Assembly (NCBI GenBank): GCA_002722595.1
Contig: PBMO01000046.1
Location: 1-50,739 of the forward strand
Direction of reading: 5' to 3'
Length of the DNA: 50,739 nucleotides
From: Methanobacteriota archaeon
GTDB lineage: Archaea; Thermoplasmatota; Poseidoniia; Poseidoniales; Thalassarchaeaceae
Shown: positions 9,610 to 21,245 of the stretch, in pieces
How positions within the stretch are numbered: the first letter of the stretch is position 1
Layout of the letters: each line of letters opens with the position of its first letter
Notes under the pieces: generated by a model
Databases searched by the model: none
Told to the model about the DNA's origin: nothing
Seen by the model: the letters and a program-made list of their open reading frames with translations, nothing else
Made by a program: the position numbers and the translations under genes

Positions 9610-9909
9610 TTAGAAAAGAAATCCTAGCTTGAAGACCCAATCAATCATCAAAACCCAAAATACCGGTACTGAAGCAGTTGCTTGCCAACCGAATTTTTCG
9701 TGCATTATGATGTCTTTTCCAAGTATTGAGCCTATTGTATAGGAGATGATCATAAATATGCCAATTACAAGATTACCACTTGTTGTACCCATTCCAAATT
9801 CATTCGAATACAACATCGCAAAAATACCAGTTAAAGCATACAGGGTAATTAGTGCAACAAGTGGTTTCACCCACCAATTCTTGGGTTTGATGATTTCACC
9901 CATATTCAT
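9610..9909 (-). CDS. Small membrane protein (3 TM)
   Basis: 99-aa hydrophobic ORF with an upstream GAGGT Shine-Dalgarno-like sequence. Confidence 0.6.
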   Translation of the reverse strand: MNMGEIIKPKNWWVKPLVALITLYALTGIFAMLYSNEFGMGTTSGNLVIGIFMIISYTIGSILGKDIIMHEKFGWQATASVPVFWVLMIDWVFKLGFLF

Positions 9910-9972
9910 ACCTCTACGTTCTTCCCACCTCGCTAGGCATTGTTTGCCTGGAATGGCCTATTCGCTGTGACT

Positions 9973-10986
9973 TCAGTTGTAGGCAGATTTCGTTGTACTA
10001 ATTACAACTGCTCCAATTTTGTATGGGTCACCATTCGATGCAGGTCGCCTATCCTCAAGTCTACCTTTCCAACCATCTTCGATAGTTCCGATTGGGATTC
10101 TAATAGATGCGCCTCTGTCAGATACACCATAAGAGAATTGATCGATTGATTGAGTCTCATGCAAACCTGTAAGCCGCATCTCATTATGTGCACCATAAAC
10201 AGACATGTGTGCTTCAATATTTTTACCAAAGGCTTCGCAAATACTGGTGAAAAGAGCCTCACCACCTTCATCTCTCATTCTGCCATCACTAAAGTTAACG
10301 TGCATTCCAGATCCATTCCAATCTCCAGTGATAGGCTTAGGGTGGTATTCAATGTAATAGCCATACTTCTCAGTCAATCTATCTAATAGATATCGTGCGA
10401 CCCATAGCTCATCACCAGCTTGCTTCGCGCCCTTAGCAAAAATCTGAAATTCCCATTGGCCACATGCTACTTCTTGGTTTATCCCCTCAAAATTAATTCC
10501 TGCATCAAGGCATAAATCAGCATGCTCTTCGACTAAGTCTCTGCCATGCGTGTTCCTACCTCCGACTGAACAGTAGTAAAGTCCCTGAGGGCCAGGATAA
10601 CCACCAACTGGGAAGCCTAACGGAAGTTGTGTATCAACATCCATGATGAAATACTCTTGCTCATAACCAAACCAAAAATCATCATCATCTTCTGTTATCG
10701 TCGCCCTTCCATTACTTGGATGGGGTGTACCATCTGCATTCAAAACTTCACACATTACGAGGAAACCATCGAGTCGCTGAGGGTCTGGGTAAATTGCAAC
10801 AGGTTTCAGTAGACAATCGGAATCGCCCCCTTCTGCTTGTTTTGTGGATGAACCATCAAAAGACCACATGGGACAATCCCCTATATCTCCTGAGAAATTT
10901 TTCTTGATCAATGTCTTGCTTCGCATATTCTGTGTCGGTTCGTAACCGTCCAGCCATATGTATTCCAGTTTGGCGTGTGTTATCAT
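9973..10986 (-). CDS. glnII: Glutamine synthetase type II
   Basis: 337 aa with LEYIWLDG, WSFDGSST, EQEY, QWEFQ, HPKP..DWNGSGMH, RLTGLHET, RGASIRIP, EDRRPASN.DPY. Confidence 0.93.
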   Translation of the reverse strand: MITHAKLEYIWLDGYEPTQNMRSKTLIKKNFSGDIGDCPMWSFDGSSTKQAEGGDSDCLLKPVAIYPDPQRLDGFLVMCEVLNADGTPHPSNGRATITEDDDDFWFGYEQEYFIMDVDTQLPLGFPVGGYPGPQGLYYCSVGGRNTHGRDLVEEHADLCLDAGINFEGINQEVACGQWEFQIFAKGAKQAGDELWVARYLLDRLTEKYGYYIEYHPKPITGDWNGSGMHVNFSDGRMRDEGGEALFTSICEAFGKNIEAHMSVYGAHNEMRLTGLHETQSIDQFSYGVSDRGASIRIPIGTIEDGWKGRLEDRRPASNGDPYKIGAVVISTTKSAYN

Positions 10987-11086
10987 AAATACCGAACCAC
11001 CCGCTGTCGAGACAGTATATTATTTGTCGTATTGAACATTTACTGGGCAATAAATTGGTTAATAGTTTACATTTTCAAGTGTTCAT

Positions 11087-11100
11087 TGCTCAATTGAGCA
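11087..11100. promoter_or_regulatory. Perfect 14-bp palindrome between divergent glnII and gdhA
   Basis: TGCTCAATTGAGCA; further AGAGCA/TGAGCA half-sites at 11160-11173. Confidence 0.55.
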
Positions 11101-11253
11101 CAAAATAGCCCAATCAACACTAAAAATAAAATCATTCCACCATTATTCTCTGTCAATTTAGAGCAAATGAGCAGTGCTATTTTTTTGTAAAAACAGCGTT
11201 TACATATCATGTATCAAAATGTAGTGTATGAGTTTTTACTTGCGGACCTTTGA

Positions 11254-12681
<1,428 letters not shown>

Positions 12682-12725
12682 TTAAATCCCGATTACGTCG
12701 AGGAAAATCGTGAATACAAGAAAGC

Positions 12726-12974
12726 CTATATTGCAGTCGGAGCGACATGATCGTCGTCTTTATCATCGGGGTCACGTACACGATTCCAAACACCAGACAT
12801 TAGTTCTGCATGATGCTTTTCACAGTAGTGGAATCGCCGATATGCCTCCCTGAATGAGTATGCTTTTTTTCCCGTGGCAACCAAATACCCTTCTGGAGAT
12901 AAACGAGAAATGGTTGTCCCATCAGAATCACATCCAGGATAATCGCATCTGGGGTTAGGCTTTACTGAAATCAT
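12726..12974 (-). CDS. Small putative Zn-binding protein
   Basis: CDYPGC ... CEKH ligand pairs; last gene of the carboxylase operon. Confidence 0.55.
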   Translation of the reverse strand: MISVKPNPRCDYPGCDSDGTTISRLSPEGYLVATGKKAYSFREAYRRFHYCEKHHAELMSGVWNRVRDPDDKDDDHVAPTAI

Positions 12975-12988
12975 CTCACATCCAAATT

Positions 12989-13393
12989 TTAGTCCTCATT
13001 TTCGTCAATAGGGTCGATTACAACTAGAGGCACATTTGCTTCAACACTCATTCCATCTTCGCAGGAGACTTTACTCACGATACCTGTTATTGGTGCCGCA
13101 ACTTCGTTTTGCATTTTCATCGCCTCAAGAATAAGTATTGTTTGACCTTCTTGTACCTTATCACCAACCCGAACCTCTACAGTTACAACTTTTCCAGGCA
13201 TACTTGCGCTTACAGTACCACTTCGCTTTCGCTTTCCCCCACTACCTCTTTTACGAGGGGCGTTGTTTTTTGCATCTGGTATCGAAAAAGAGAAAGTTTG
13301 TCCATCAATGGTTGCGAGGTATTTGTCTCCATCAGTTTCAATTTCAACAGAGAATTCTTCTCCATCTATGATGACTGTGCGAATATCTGTCAA
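12989..13393 (-). CDS. Biotin carboxyl carrier protein
   Basis: EAMKMQNEV biotinylation motif and ASMPGKV. Confidence 0.92.
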   Translation of the reverse strand: MTDIRTVIIDGEEFSVEIETDGDKYLATIDGQTFSFSIPDAKNNAPRKRGSGGKRKRSGTVSASMPGKVVTVEVRVGDKVQEGQTILILEAMKMQNEVAAPITGIVSKVSCEDGMSVEANVPLVVIDPIDENED

Positions 13394-13397
13394 TTAT

Positions 13398-13676
13398 TCA
13401 CCTCCATGTCGAGCGTTTTTGCCTTTCCTTCATTAATCCAGTATACCCCATTCTCACACGTCTGTGATCTTGGCTCCAATCGGATCCAAGTTGTCGACCA
13501 ATTACAGATCTTTCATCAGTTTCTTTTAGCATCGATAAAACAGCGACAAGAGCAGCGGCTCTAAGAACAGCAGTTTGGGATGATTTAGGGATTTCAGTGA
13601 CCTCCTCCATCTCTGTTTCTAGATCCCTTGCAGAACGGAGTAAATCCTCAAGTGACTCTGCATATGAATCTGTCAA
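13398..13676 (-). CDS. Small acyl-CoA carboxylase accessory (epsilon-like) subunit
   Basis: Lies between carboxyltransferase and BCCP. AAALVAVL helix followed by S.W...R and a C-terminal WR. Confidence 0.55.
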   Translation of the reverse strand: MTDSYAESLEDLLRSARDLETEMEEVTEIPKSSQTAVLRAAALVAVLSMLKETDERSVIGRQLGSDWSQDHRRVRMGYTGLMKERQKRSTWR

Positions 13677-13685
13677 TAAATCACC

Positions 13686-15239
13686 TCATAGTGGAATATT
13701 TCCGTGCTTTCTAGCAGGTCTTGTTTCTTCTTTGTCGATTAGCATCCCGAGTGCTTTAATTAGTCGAATACGTGTATCACTTGGTTCAATCACGTCATCA
13801 ATGTAACCCATTGATGCAGCCTGATATGGATTTGCAAATCGCTCAGTATATTCGTCAACGAGTCGCTGGCGTTCTTGTTCTGGATTGCCTGCAGATTGGA
13901 TACGTTTCCTGTGTATAATTTGTACAGCCCCATCTGCTCCCATGACCGCAAGTTCTGCTGTTGGCCATGCCACATTATAGTCAGAACGAATGTGTTTCGA
14001 ACACATCACATCATAGGCACCACCATACGCTTTCCGCATTATCACAGTCATTTTAGGGACTGTAGCTTCTGAATATGCGTATAACAATTTGGCACCGTGT
14101 CGAATTATCCCTCCCCATTCTTGATTCGCACCAGGCAAGAATCCAGGTACATCAACCAGTGTAACAATTGGAATTCCAAATGCGTCACAAAAGCGGACAA
14201 ACCTGGCTGCCTTTGTTGATGCATCGATATCTAGGCAGCCTGCTAAGAAATTTGGTTGATTTGCAACAATTCCAATTGTTATACCATCCATTCTTCCAAA
14301 TCCTACAACAATATTTTTCGCAAATTCTGATTGAACTTCTAAGAAGGCCCCTGAATCCATTATTTCACAAATCACATCATTGACATCATATGGTTTGTTG
14401 GGGTCATCGGGAACAATTGAGTCTAGAGCCTCACAAAGTCTGTCTGGTGAATCTCCCATTGATTTCCGTGGTACCTCTGATAGATTATTGGATGGCAGTA
14501 ATCCTACAAGTTCCCGAGTCAATTCGATTGCATCTTCATCACTTTCTGCTGTGAAATGAGTTACTCCTGATTTACTACCATGTGTCAGTGCACCTCCTAG
14601 GTCTTCGAAACTGACTTCCTCATTGGTCACTGTTTTGATAACTTCTGGCCCGGTGATGAACATGTGAGCGGTTTGATCAACCATGATGATGAAATCAGTT
14701 ATTGCGGGACTATATACTGCTCCACCAGCACATGGGCCCATGATTACACTGATTTGTGGTATTACACCACTAGCCCTCACATTCCGGAAGAAAATTTCAG
14801 CATACGATCCAAGGCTGGCCACACCCTCTTGGATTCGCGCTCCTCCGGAATCGTTCAAACCTATTACGGGAGTACCGGCTTTGAGTGCCATGTCTAGGAT
14901 TTTGCAAATCTTCAACCCATGCATTTCCCCCAGGCTTCCACCATATACTGTGAAGTCCTGTGCAAAACAGTGAACTGCTTTGCCATCAATAGTGCCGTGG
15001 CCACAGACTACTCCGTCTCCTGGAATCACATTTTTTTCCATTCCGAAATCTGTGCATCTATGCTCAACAAGTGCATCAATCTCTTGGAATGAACCTTCAT
15101 CAAGTAGAACTTCGATTCGTTCTCTAGCAGTCATTTTTCCGCGGTTATGCTGTGATTGAACTCTTTGAGACCCGCCCCCTGCCTCTGATTGAGCCTTACG
15201 GCGCCGCAAATCATCGAACTTCTCGTCGGCGGTCTTCAT
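13686..15239 (-). CDS. pccB: Propionyl/methylmalonyl-CoA carboxyltransferase subunit
   Basis: [54 protein letters not shown]. Start at ATG 15239. Confidence 0.92.
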   Translation of the reverse strand: MKTADEKFDDLRRRKAQSEAGGGSQRVQSQHNRGKMTARERIEVLLDEGSFQEIDALVEHRCTDFGMEKNVIPGDGVVCGHGTIDGKAVHCFAQDFTVYGGSLGEMHGLKICKILDMALKAGTPVIGLNDSGGARIQEGVASLGSYAEIFFRNVRASGVIPQISVIMGPCAGGAVYSPAITDFIIMVDQTAHMFITGPEVIKTVTNEEVSFEDLGGALTHGSKSGVTHFTAESDEDAIELTRELVGLLPSNNLSEVPRKSMGDSPDRLCEALDSIVPDDPNKPYDVNDVICEIMDSGAFLEVQSEFAKNIVVGFGRMDGITIGIVANQPNFLAGCLDIDASTKAARFVRFCDAFGIPIVTLVDVPGFLPGANQEWGGIIRHGAKLLYAYSEATVPKMTVIMRKAYGGAYDVMCSKHIRSDYNVAWPTAELAVMGADGAVQIIHRKRIQSAGNPEQERQRLVDEYTERFANPYQAASMGYIDDVIEPSDTRIRLIKALGMLIDKEETRPARKHGNIPL

Positions 15240-15280
15240 TGCCCTCAGAGCCCACCTTACAGCAGCCCGCCCTTGAAGAT

Positions 15281-15297
15281 AGCCCCCTATGGGGGCT
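15281..15297. promoter_or_regulatory. Palindrome AGCCCCC-TAT-GGGGGCT in a divergent promoter region
   Basis: The core 15-mer recurs, inverted, at 44971-44985. Confidence 0.5.
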
Positions 15298-15346
15298 CCT
15301 TTTCGCATGCGTTGGGTTCAAATCCCCTTCTCCCGTCGACCTAACC

Positions 15347-15739
15347 ATGCCCGGTTCCCTTCGGATAGTGATAGCCAAGCCAGGTCTCGATGGCCATGAC
15401 CGTGGAGCGAAGGTTGTAGCTAGGGCCCTTAGAGATGCAGGTCACGAGGTAATCTATACTGGATTACGCCGGACTCCTGAACAAATCGTCCGGATCGTGA
15501 TGGATGAGGATGCACAAGTTTTGGGCCTCTCATCTTTATCTGGTGCACATGGTTTTTTGTTTCCTAGGGTTTGCGAGTTGCTCAATGAGGCAGGACTGGA
15601 TGATGTAATTGTGTTTGGAGGAGGCATTATCCCAGAGCGTGATAGAAGTGCCCTACTAGATTCCGGAGTATCTGCGATATTTGGACCCGGCACAACATCT
15701 ACAGAAATGGTAGATTTCTTGGATTCATTGGAGGTATGA
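15347..15739 (+). CDS. Methylmalonyl-CoA mutase, cobalamin-binding small subunit
   Basis: [13 protein letters not shown] (DxHxxG), [18 protein letters not shown]. Start at ATG 15347. Confidence 0.93.
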   Translation: MPGSLRIVIAKPGLDGHDRGAKVVARALRDAGHEVIYTGLRRTPEQIVRIVMDEDAQVLGLSSLSGAHGFLFPRVCELLNEAGLDDVIVFGGGIIPERDRSALLDSGVSAIFGPGTTSTEMVDFLDSLEV

Positions 15740-16566
15740 CAATGGAAAGGCGCGAATTGGCGCGGGCTTTGTCAAATCCTCAAGATATTTCTTGCCCACC
15801 TAGAATAAGGGAACCTTGGAGTGTCTTGGGGGTAACAGGTTCTCCAGGGGTAGGGAAATCATGTATCGTCGATAAGATTGTCAAGAGTTGGGTTGACGAA
15901 GGTGATAAAGTTGCAGTTCTTGCTATTGATCCCTCATCGCCAGTAACTGGTGGCGCTTTACTTGGAGACAGAATGCGGATGTCCTCAGTCGACGCAAACG
16001 ATTCAGTCTTCTTCCGTTCAATAGCAACTAGGAATGTACCAGGAGGAATCCCTGCAATGTTGGATAGAATGATCGACCTCCTATTTCATGAAGGATGGAG
16101 GAAAATCATAATTGAAACAGTTGGTTCTGGTCAATCAGAAGTTCGCGTTGTCGCTGTTGCAGACCGTATCTTGTTGGTCGAAGGTCCTGGGCGCGGTGAC
16201 ATCATACAGGCAGAAAAGGCAGGGATAATCGAACTTTCAGATATAATTGCCGTAAATAAATCAGATTTGCCTGGTGCTGAAAAAGTGGCACAAGAAATCA
16301 AGTTATCACTTGAAATGTCAGACACCAAACCTCCTGCAATATTGCTGTGTTCTGCCGAATCTGGGGATGGCATATCTGAACTTATTGAAACCATCAATGA
16401 CCTACCTAATGCCAAGGGTCCTTCAATCGCTAAGGCAAGGGAACGGCTTCTTTCTGCAAATCAAGAAATTCTGCTCAACCATCCAGATTTTTCCGATGTT
16501 CTCAAATCCTTGGTTGCTGACGAGATATCAATTGCAGACGCAATGGCGTTGCTTAAGGGTGCATGA
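15736..16566 (+). CDS. meaB: MeaB/ArgK-family GTPase (mutase chaperone)
   Basis: [44 protein letters not shown] overlap with the mutase subunit. Confidence 0.9.
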   Translation: MTMERRELARALSNPQDISCPPRIREPWSVLGVTGSPGVGKSCIVDKIVKSWVDEGDKVAVLAIDPSSPVTGGALLGDRMRMSSVDANDSVFFRSIATRNVPGGIPAMLDRMIDLLFHEGWRKIIIETVGSGQSEVRVVAVADRILLVEGPGRGDIIQAEKAGIIELSDIIAVNKSDLPGAEKVAQEIKLSLEMSDTKPPAILLCSAESGDGISELIETINDLPNAKGPSIAKARERLLSANQEILLNHPDFSDVLKSLVADEISIADAMALLKGA

Positions 16567-17210
16567 AAATGTCAGATTTTGAATATGAGGCAGATCATAC
16601 AAAGCACAGTATTGGTGGACGAGGAGGGCATATTTTCCGTCGTGCATTTCATATTGGGATGGCTATTATTCCTTGGGCATACTACCAATATGGAAACACA
16701 GCAGCAGATTTGGTTTCCCTCACGCCAATTCAACTAATTGCGGCCATAGGTATCATCAGTTTCATTTTCGAATTAATTCGATTGAAGGCAGGTATAGTCA
16801 TCGTAGGTCAACGAGAGTATGAGAGGTATCAATTCAGCGCAGTCGCTTGGGGTTGCCTATCAATCATGCTAACCTTCGTTGCCCTGTCACCATGGGAGGT
16901 CCCATCTGGAGCGCATGCAGGTTGGCTAACAATACCAATCATCCTTTCACTAACATTCGGTGATCCGGCAATGGGCGAAGCTCGCAGGTATAAATTCGAT
17001 AACAAGTCAGTATTTTTGATAGGTTCGTCAGTGTGTGCCCTCACTTGGATACTATGTGGCTATTTCTTTGGTACACCATACTGGCTTGCATTGATTATGG
17101 GTCCTTTGACTGCAGCATCTGAATGGCCTAAACTAAAGTGGATTGATGACAATGCGACCATGGTCCTACTCCCTCTCGCTGCAGTACTAATGTTTTCACC
17201 ATTCCTTTGA
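16563..17210 (+). CDS. Polyprenol/diacylglycerol kinase-like (CTP-dependent) membrane protein
   Basis: RRAFHI, ELIRL, REYE, FGDPAMG, IDDN motifs of the dolichol/phytol kinase family. Confidence 0.7.
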   Translation: MKMSDFEYEADHTKHSIGGRGGHIFRRAFHIGMAIIPWAYYQYGNTAADLVSLTPIQLIAAIGIISFIFELIRLKAGIVIVGQREYERYQFSAVAWGCLSIMLTFVALSPWEVPSGAHAGWLTIPIILSLTFGDPAMGEARRYKFDNKSVFLIGSSVCALTWILCGYFFGTPYWLALIMGPLTAASEWPKLKWIDDNATMVLLPLAAVLMFSPFL

Positions 17211-17263
17211 GAGAAACAATATCTCACGCTACGTTTACAAGGTGGGTATGAGTGGGTAGATTC

Positions 17264-17377
17264 ATGTCCGAGGACGCTGGACCATTATCTGACGATGCCC
17301 CTAGCCAAGGATTGTACATTTTCGCATATCTTTCTTCGATGCTCGCTCTTGCAGTTGTAATGTTTCTTTATTCTTGA
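17264..17377 (+). CDS. Putative 37-aa single-pass membrane microprotein (below ORF-track cutoff)
   Basis: MSEDAGPLSDDAPSQGLYIFAYLSSMLALAVVMFLYS; fills the intergenic gap, with an acidic N-terminus and a TM helix. Confidence 0.55.
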   Translation: MSEDAGPLSDDAPSQGLYIFAYLSSMLALAVVMFLYS

Positions 17378-17417
17378 GTTGTAATTTAACAGTTCAATAA
17401 TTGGTTGATCGAATATC

Positions 17418-19178
17418 ATGTGTGGAATAGCAGGAATCTTCGGACCCAATGGGGACGACTGCTCTACAGTTCACAAAATGGCTAGAATTATTGGACATAG
17501 GGGTCCCAATGGGACGGCGGCTTGGTCTGAGCAGTTCAAGACTGGTGGTGTGAGTTTTGGACACACGCGTCTTTCTATTGTGGATATTGATGGCTCAAAC
17601 CAACCTCTTTTTTCCGACAATGGTTGTGTACTAATTTTCAATGGTGAAATCTACAATCATCGAGAAATTCGAAAAGTAAATTCCAGTTATAGTTTCCGCA
17701 CGAACGGCGATGGTGAGGCGATTTTAGCGGCTTATGCTAATAGGAGTGATGATATTGGATGGGTGCGCGATTTGGATGGAGTATGGGCCTTTGCATTATG
17801 GGATCCACAATTGGAAAGGCTGATTTTGTCAAGGGATAGATTTGGTGTCAAACCCTTACTGCGTAATTGTACAGAACAAGGGAATTTACTATTTGGTTCA
17901 GAAGCGAAATGTCTCAGGTTACACCCTGAATATTCTCCAGAATTGGATATTCGTGCCCTCATTGGTCGTATTGCATTTGAATACTCATTAGATGACACAA
18001 CATTGTTTGAAGATGTCCACTCTATAAGTCCCGGTACGATAGAAACATGGGATATTTCGAATGGAAAAGCCAAGCTTCAAAATCGGTCTATTTGGGCATC
18101 TGATTTCCCAATTCCATATGGAAAATGGTCGCCGAAGACACATGCAGAGTCCTTACTTGAGTCACTAACTTCTGCTGTTGCAGACCGATTGATGTCTGAT
18201 GTACCCCTCGGGATTATTTTGAGCGGGGGGCTTGATTCGGCTCTCATTGCTGCAATATCTAATGAGGCGTCTCAACGTACAGGATATCCCCTTCCTGCAT
18301 GCTGGACAGTCGCAGAATCTGAGGATAATCCTGATTGGATTGCCGCAGAGAATGTATGCCAGAGTTTAGAACTTCAACACCATCAACATTTAATCAGTGA
18401 GAATGCCTTCGAAAATTCCCTCCCAAAACTTGGCTGGCATGGCGAGGACCTTGATGTCACAGTACTCTTTTTCCAACCCCTTTTTGAAAAGATGTCCCAA
18501 TCAGTAAAAGTTGGTCTTTGTGGACAGGGGGCCGATGAACTTCATGCCGGTTATCCGCGTTACAAAAATTTGAGGAGTCATTGTGAGTTGATATCGAAGC
18601 GTCTCGACTCTTGCAAGCATCCATTTTCAGACCAAATATTGAGCGAGAATTTCATCAGCCCTGGCTGGCGGCAGGGACACAATCCCGATCTGGTGTTCGC
18701 AGATTTGGGGTCTACTTTGAATTATGAGTTGAATAATGGACAATTGACCAACTTCCAGTTGCGATTAGTAGATAGACACAGTATGGCGCATGGTCTTGAA
18801 GTAAGGGTGCCTTTTTTGGGGGAAACCCATGTAACTGCCTCTAGTCAAATACCAACTACATGGAAGTTATCAAGTGGTTCAGAAAAGTTGGGTCTAAGGG
18901 AGGCTGCACGTTTGACTAAACTTCCAATTGATATAGTGAATCGTCCTAAATTGCCTGCAGGGCGAGCAACTTCTCCAACACTAATTGATAATCTCCTTGA
19001 TGAACTGAAAGGTCACGCTCAAGAATATTCAAATGATATTCCGATGGTATCAAAGATGTTCAATGGTCAACCCGAAATATCAATTGGACTCCGATTATTC
19101 CGATCTTTACACTTGACTGATGGGGGCGTAGGTCGAGAATGTAAGGACTTACTTACACTACTAGAGGATGTGGATTAA
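17418..19178 (+). CDS. asnB: AsnB-family glutamine-dependent amidotransferase (asparagine synthase-like)
   Basis: MCGIAG Ntn cysteine, HRGP, RLSIVD, NGEIYN, RDRFGVKPL, LSGGLDS, GQGADE, EVRVPFL. Confidence 0.88.
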   Translation: MCGIAGIFGPNGDDCSTVHKMARIIGHRGPNGTAAWSEQFKTGGVSFGHTRLSIVDIDGSNQPLFSDNGCVLIFNGEIYNHREIRKVNSSYSFRTNGDGEAILAAYANRSDDIGWVRDLDGVWAFALWDPQLERLILSRDRFGVKPLLRNCTEQGNLLFGSEAKCLRLHPEYSPELDIRALIGRIAFEYSLDDTTLFEDVHSISPGTIETWDISNGKAKLQNRSIWASDFPIPYGKWSPKTHAESLLESLTSAVADRLMSDVPLGIILSGGLDSALIAAISNEASQRTGYPLPACWTVAESEDNPDWIAAENVCQSLELQHHQHLISENAFENSLPKLGWHGEDLDVTVLFFQPLFEKMSQSVKVGLCGQGADELHAGYPRYKNLRSHCELISKRLDSCKHPFSDQILSENFISPGWRQGHNPDLVFADLGSTLNYELNNGQLTNFQLRLVDRHSMAHGLEVRVPFLGETHVTASSQIPTTWKLSSGSEKLGLREAARLTKLPIDIVNRPKLPAGRATSPTLIDNLLDELKGHAQEYSNDIPMVSKMFNGQPEISIGLRLFRSLHLTDGGVGRECKDLLTLLEDVD

Positions 19179-20311
19179 TGGAATATAGTGGGCCTAATTT
19201 CCTTTCAAAATTGGAATCCACAATTGTGCAATGTGAGGATTCTTTGCGTAATTGGTTCGCTGGACACCGATCTAATTTGACGATGCCAATTTATGGGTCA
19301 GTAGATATTCGTGATTCACATTGGAAGGTTGCAGCTGTAGATGCCAATCAGTACCCTGCAGGATTCAATAACCTCAGCCAATCTAGTATTGGAGAGCATC
19401 TTAGTGATGCCATCGGCGATGTCAAACATGTCCATATTTGGCCGGAAAAACATACACGTAATCAACCCTACTTGGATAATATATCTGCATTATCAAAAAT
19501 ACTTGAAAGACAAGGATACAAGGTGACTAATGGGATAATTGAATTAGAGTCATCAGGCCCAATTTCCATTAACGGTTCTGTGCCTGATTTGGTCTTACTG
19601 AACAATGATCTCACGGATGGTCCAATCGGTACACTTGGTGTACCGGTCCTCCCCCCTCAAGAAATGGGGTGGTATCAACGGAAAAAATCCTCGCATTTTG
19701 AGGCATTACAACCTTTTATTGATGAAGCAGCAGAAATATTAGGAGTGGATCCCTGGTTATTGAGTACAAGTTGGTTTGTTTCCGAGGAGAAGTGCCTGGA
19801 AAAGGAAACTTGTCGAACACTTTTAGCTGCAGAAGTGGATAATTTTCTCCATTCCATTCAAGAAAAGTATGATGATTTGGGTGTACTGGGTAAGCCTAAA
19901 ATTTTCATGAAGAATAATTCGGGCACCTATGGCCTTGGCATTCTTGAAATCAATTCTGGAGAGCAACTTCTCAATCTTTCAAATCGGAAAATGAATAAAC
20001 TCACGTATGGAAAAGGAGGTTCTGATGCTGAGGATTTCCTCCTCCAGGAAGGGGTCCCAACTGCACTTTTTTGGGACCAGATGGTTGTTGAACCCGTAGC
20101 ATACTGTGCAAATGGCCGCGTTGGTGGTTGGTTTTATCGTGCTAATTCGAGGAAAGGGCCGATGGAAAATTTGAACAGTCCTTCCTCGTTATTCATTCCA
20201 CCATCTGATATATCTGATACTCTGATTTCATCAAGGCGTAATCATTGGCATACACTTGTCGCTGAGATTTCTATGCTTGGAATGGCCAGTGAAACAGATT
20301 CATTCCTCTGA
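19178..20311 (+). CDS. gshA: GshA-family (ATP-grasp-like) glutamate--cysteine ligase homolog
   Basis: YGSVDIR, VDANQYPAGFNNL, PEKHTRN, LNNDL, GWYQRKKS, K..SGTYGLGI, QEGV, EPV.Y, FYR, NLN. TAATG overlap with asnB. Confidence 0.8.
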   Translation: MEYSGPNFLSKLESTIVQCEDSLRNWFAGHRSNLTMPIYGSVDIRDSHWKVAAVDANQYPAGFNNLSQSSIGEHLSDAIGDVKHVHIWPEKHTRNQPYLDNISALSKILERQGYKVTNGIIELESSGPISINGSVPDLVLLNNDLTDGPIGTLGVPVLPPQEMGWYQRKKSSHFEALQPFIDEAAEILGVDPWLLSTSWFVSEEKCLEKETCRTLLAAEVDNFLHSIQEKYDDLGVLGKPKIFMKNNSGTYGLGILEINSGEQLLNLSNRKMNKLTYGKGGSDAEDFLLQEGVPTALFWDQMVVEPVAYCANGRVGGWFYRANSRKGPMENLNSPSSLFIPPSDISDTLISSRRNHWHTLVAEISMLGMASETDSFL

Positions 20312-20590
20312 ATCATTACCCTGCATCTTTGGTGGTTCATCCATTCCAGTGATCTCATAATTCGAAGGGAAAAGGGCAACAACTACACCTGCAATTCCAG
20401 TTACCAGTGCCCACCAGAACATCTGGTATTTTATCGCCATTTCGAGGGCAATTGCGACTAGGGCAAGTCCACCTAGGTTGGATATCCAGACAAGTCGCTT
20501 GAAAGTCGAAAGTCCAACTCCCTTAGTCGTCCCAGATATAGATTCTGGGCCGAATTCAGCACCAAAGCGAATCGGCTTTTCACTCGCCAT
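20300..20590 (-). CDS. Small membrane protein (2 TM)
   Basis: 96-aa ORF with two hydrophobic helices. Confidence 0.6.
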   Translation of the reverse strand: MASEKPIRFGAEFGPESISGTTKGVGLSTFKRLVWISNLGGLALVAIALEMAIKYQMFWWALVTGIAGVVVALFPSNYEITGMDEPPKMQGNDSEE

Positions 20591-20624
20591 GGAATTGCGT
20601 TCAACACCTCAGTAATCAGTATTT

Positions 20625-20957
20625 TCAACGGTCAATCATGAGTATTGCATCAGTAGGACATGAAAGGACACATAGTCGGCAACCCGTACAATCATCTCGG
20701 AGAATCCTCGCTTTGCGATTATTTTCTATATCAAGGATTGGACTCCTTAAAGGAACATCATACAACTCAATAGCATTATCATCACACACTAATGTGCATT
20801 GATCGCAACCGATGCACAAATCCTCTTTGACGAATGCGACAGTACCGGGTCCCCCCTTGACTTTTAGCCGGGCTTCACCACGCATTTTGTTTAGTGCGAG
20901 TCTTATTCTCTCCGCATCTTCCGCCCGACGTTTTGCCAACTCGTCGAGTGAGGTCAT
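20625..20957 (-). CDS. 2x[4Fe-4S] ferredoxin-like protein
   Basis: CIGCDQCTLVC and CTGCRLCVLSCP. Confidence 0.9.
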   Translation of the reverse strand: MTSLDELAKRRAEDAERIRLALNKMRGEARLKVKGGPGTVAFVKEDLCIGCDQCTLVCDDNAIELYDVPLRSPILDIENNRKARILRDDCTGCRLCVLSCPTDAILMIDR

Positions 20958-20991
20958 ATATGTCGCAGGACGACTATGTTCTCAAATCTTA

Positions 20992-21240
20992 CTAAGCAAC
21001 GAATGTCAACCATAGTGGATGTAATGAAATTAAAACGGCAACAGCAAATCCGCAAAGAGTCCCTTTTGCCATGTTAGGGCGGTTATATCCAAGAGCAATT
21101 AGGATTAGGAAAAATCCGATTATCAAATCACAGACCATGCCAATCCACGCTGCTTTCCAAGATAATAAAACTGCAGTGGATATTGTTGCTAACGGGCCTA
21201 TGGAAAAACCACCGAGCCAATCTCGGTCAATGGTGCGCAT
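20992..21240 (-). CDS. Small membrane protein (3 TM)
   Basis: 82-aa hydrophobic ORF starting 5 nt after the preceding stop. Confidence 0.6.
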   Translation of the reverse strand: MRTIDRDWLGGFSIGPLATISTAVLLSWKAAWIGMVCDLIIGFFLILIALGYNRPNMAKGTLCGFAVAVLISLHPLWLTFVA

Positions 21241-21245
21241 TCAAT

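Noticed and set aside
15152..15346. N-terminal extensions of the mutase subunit and pccB given by the ORF track
   Set aside because: They would overlap each other and the divergent promoter; family motifs begin at ATG 15347 and ATG 15239.
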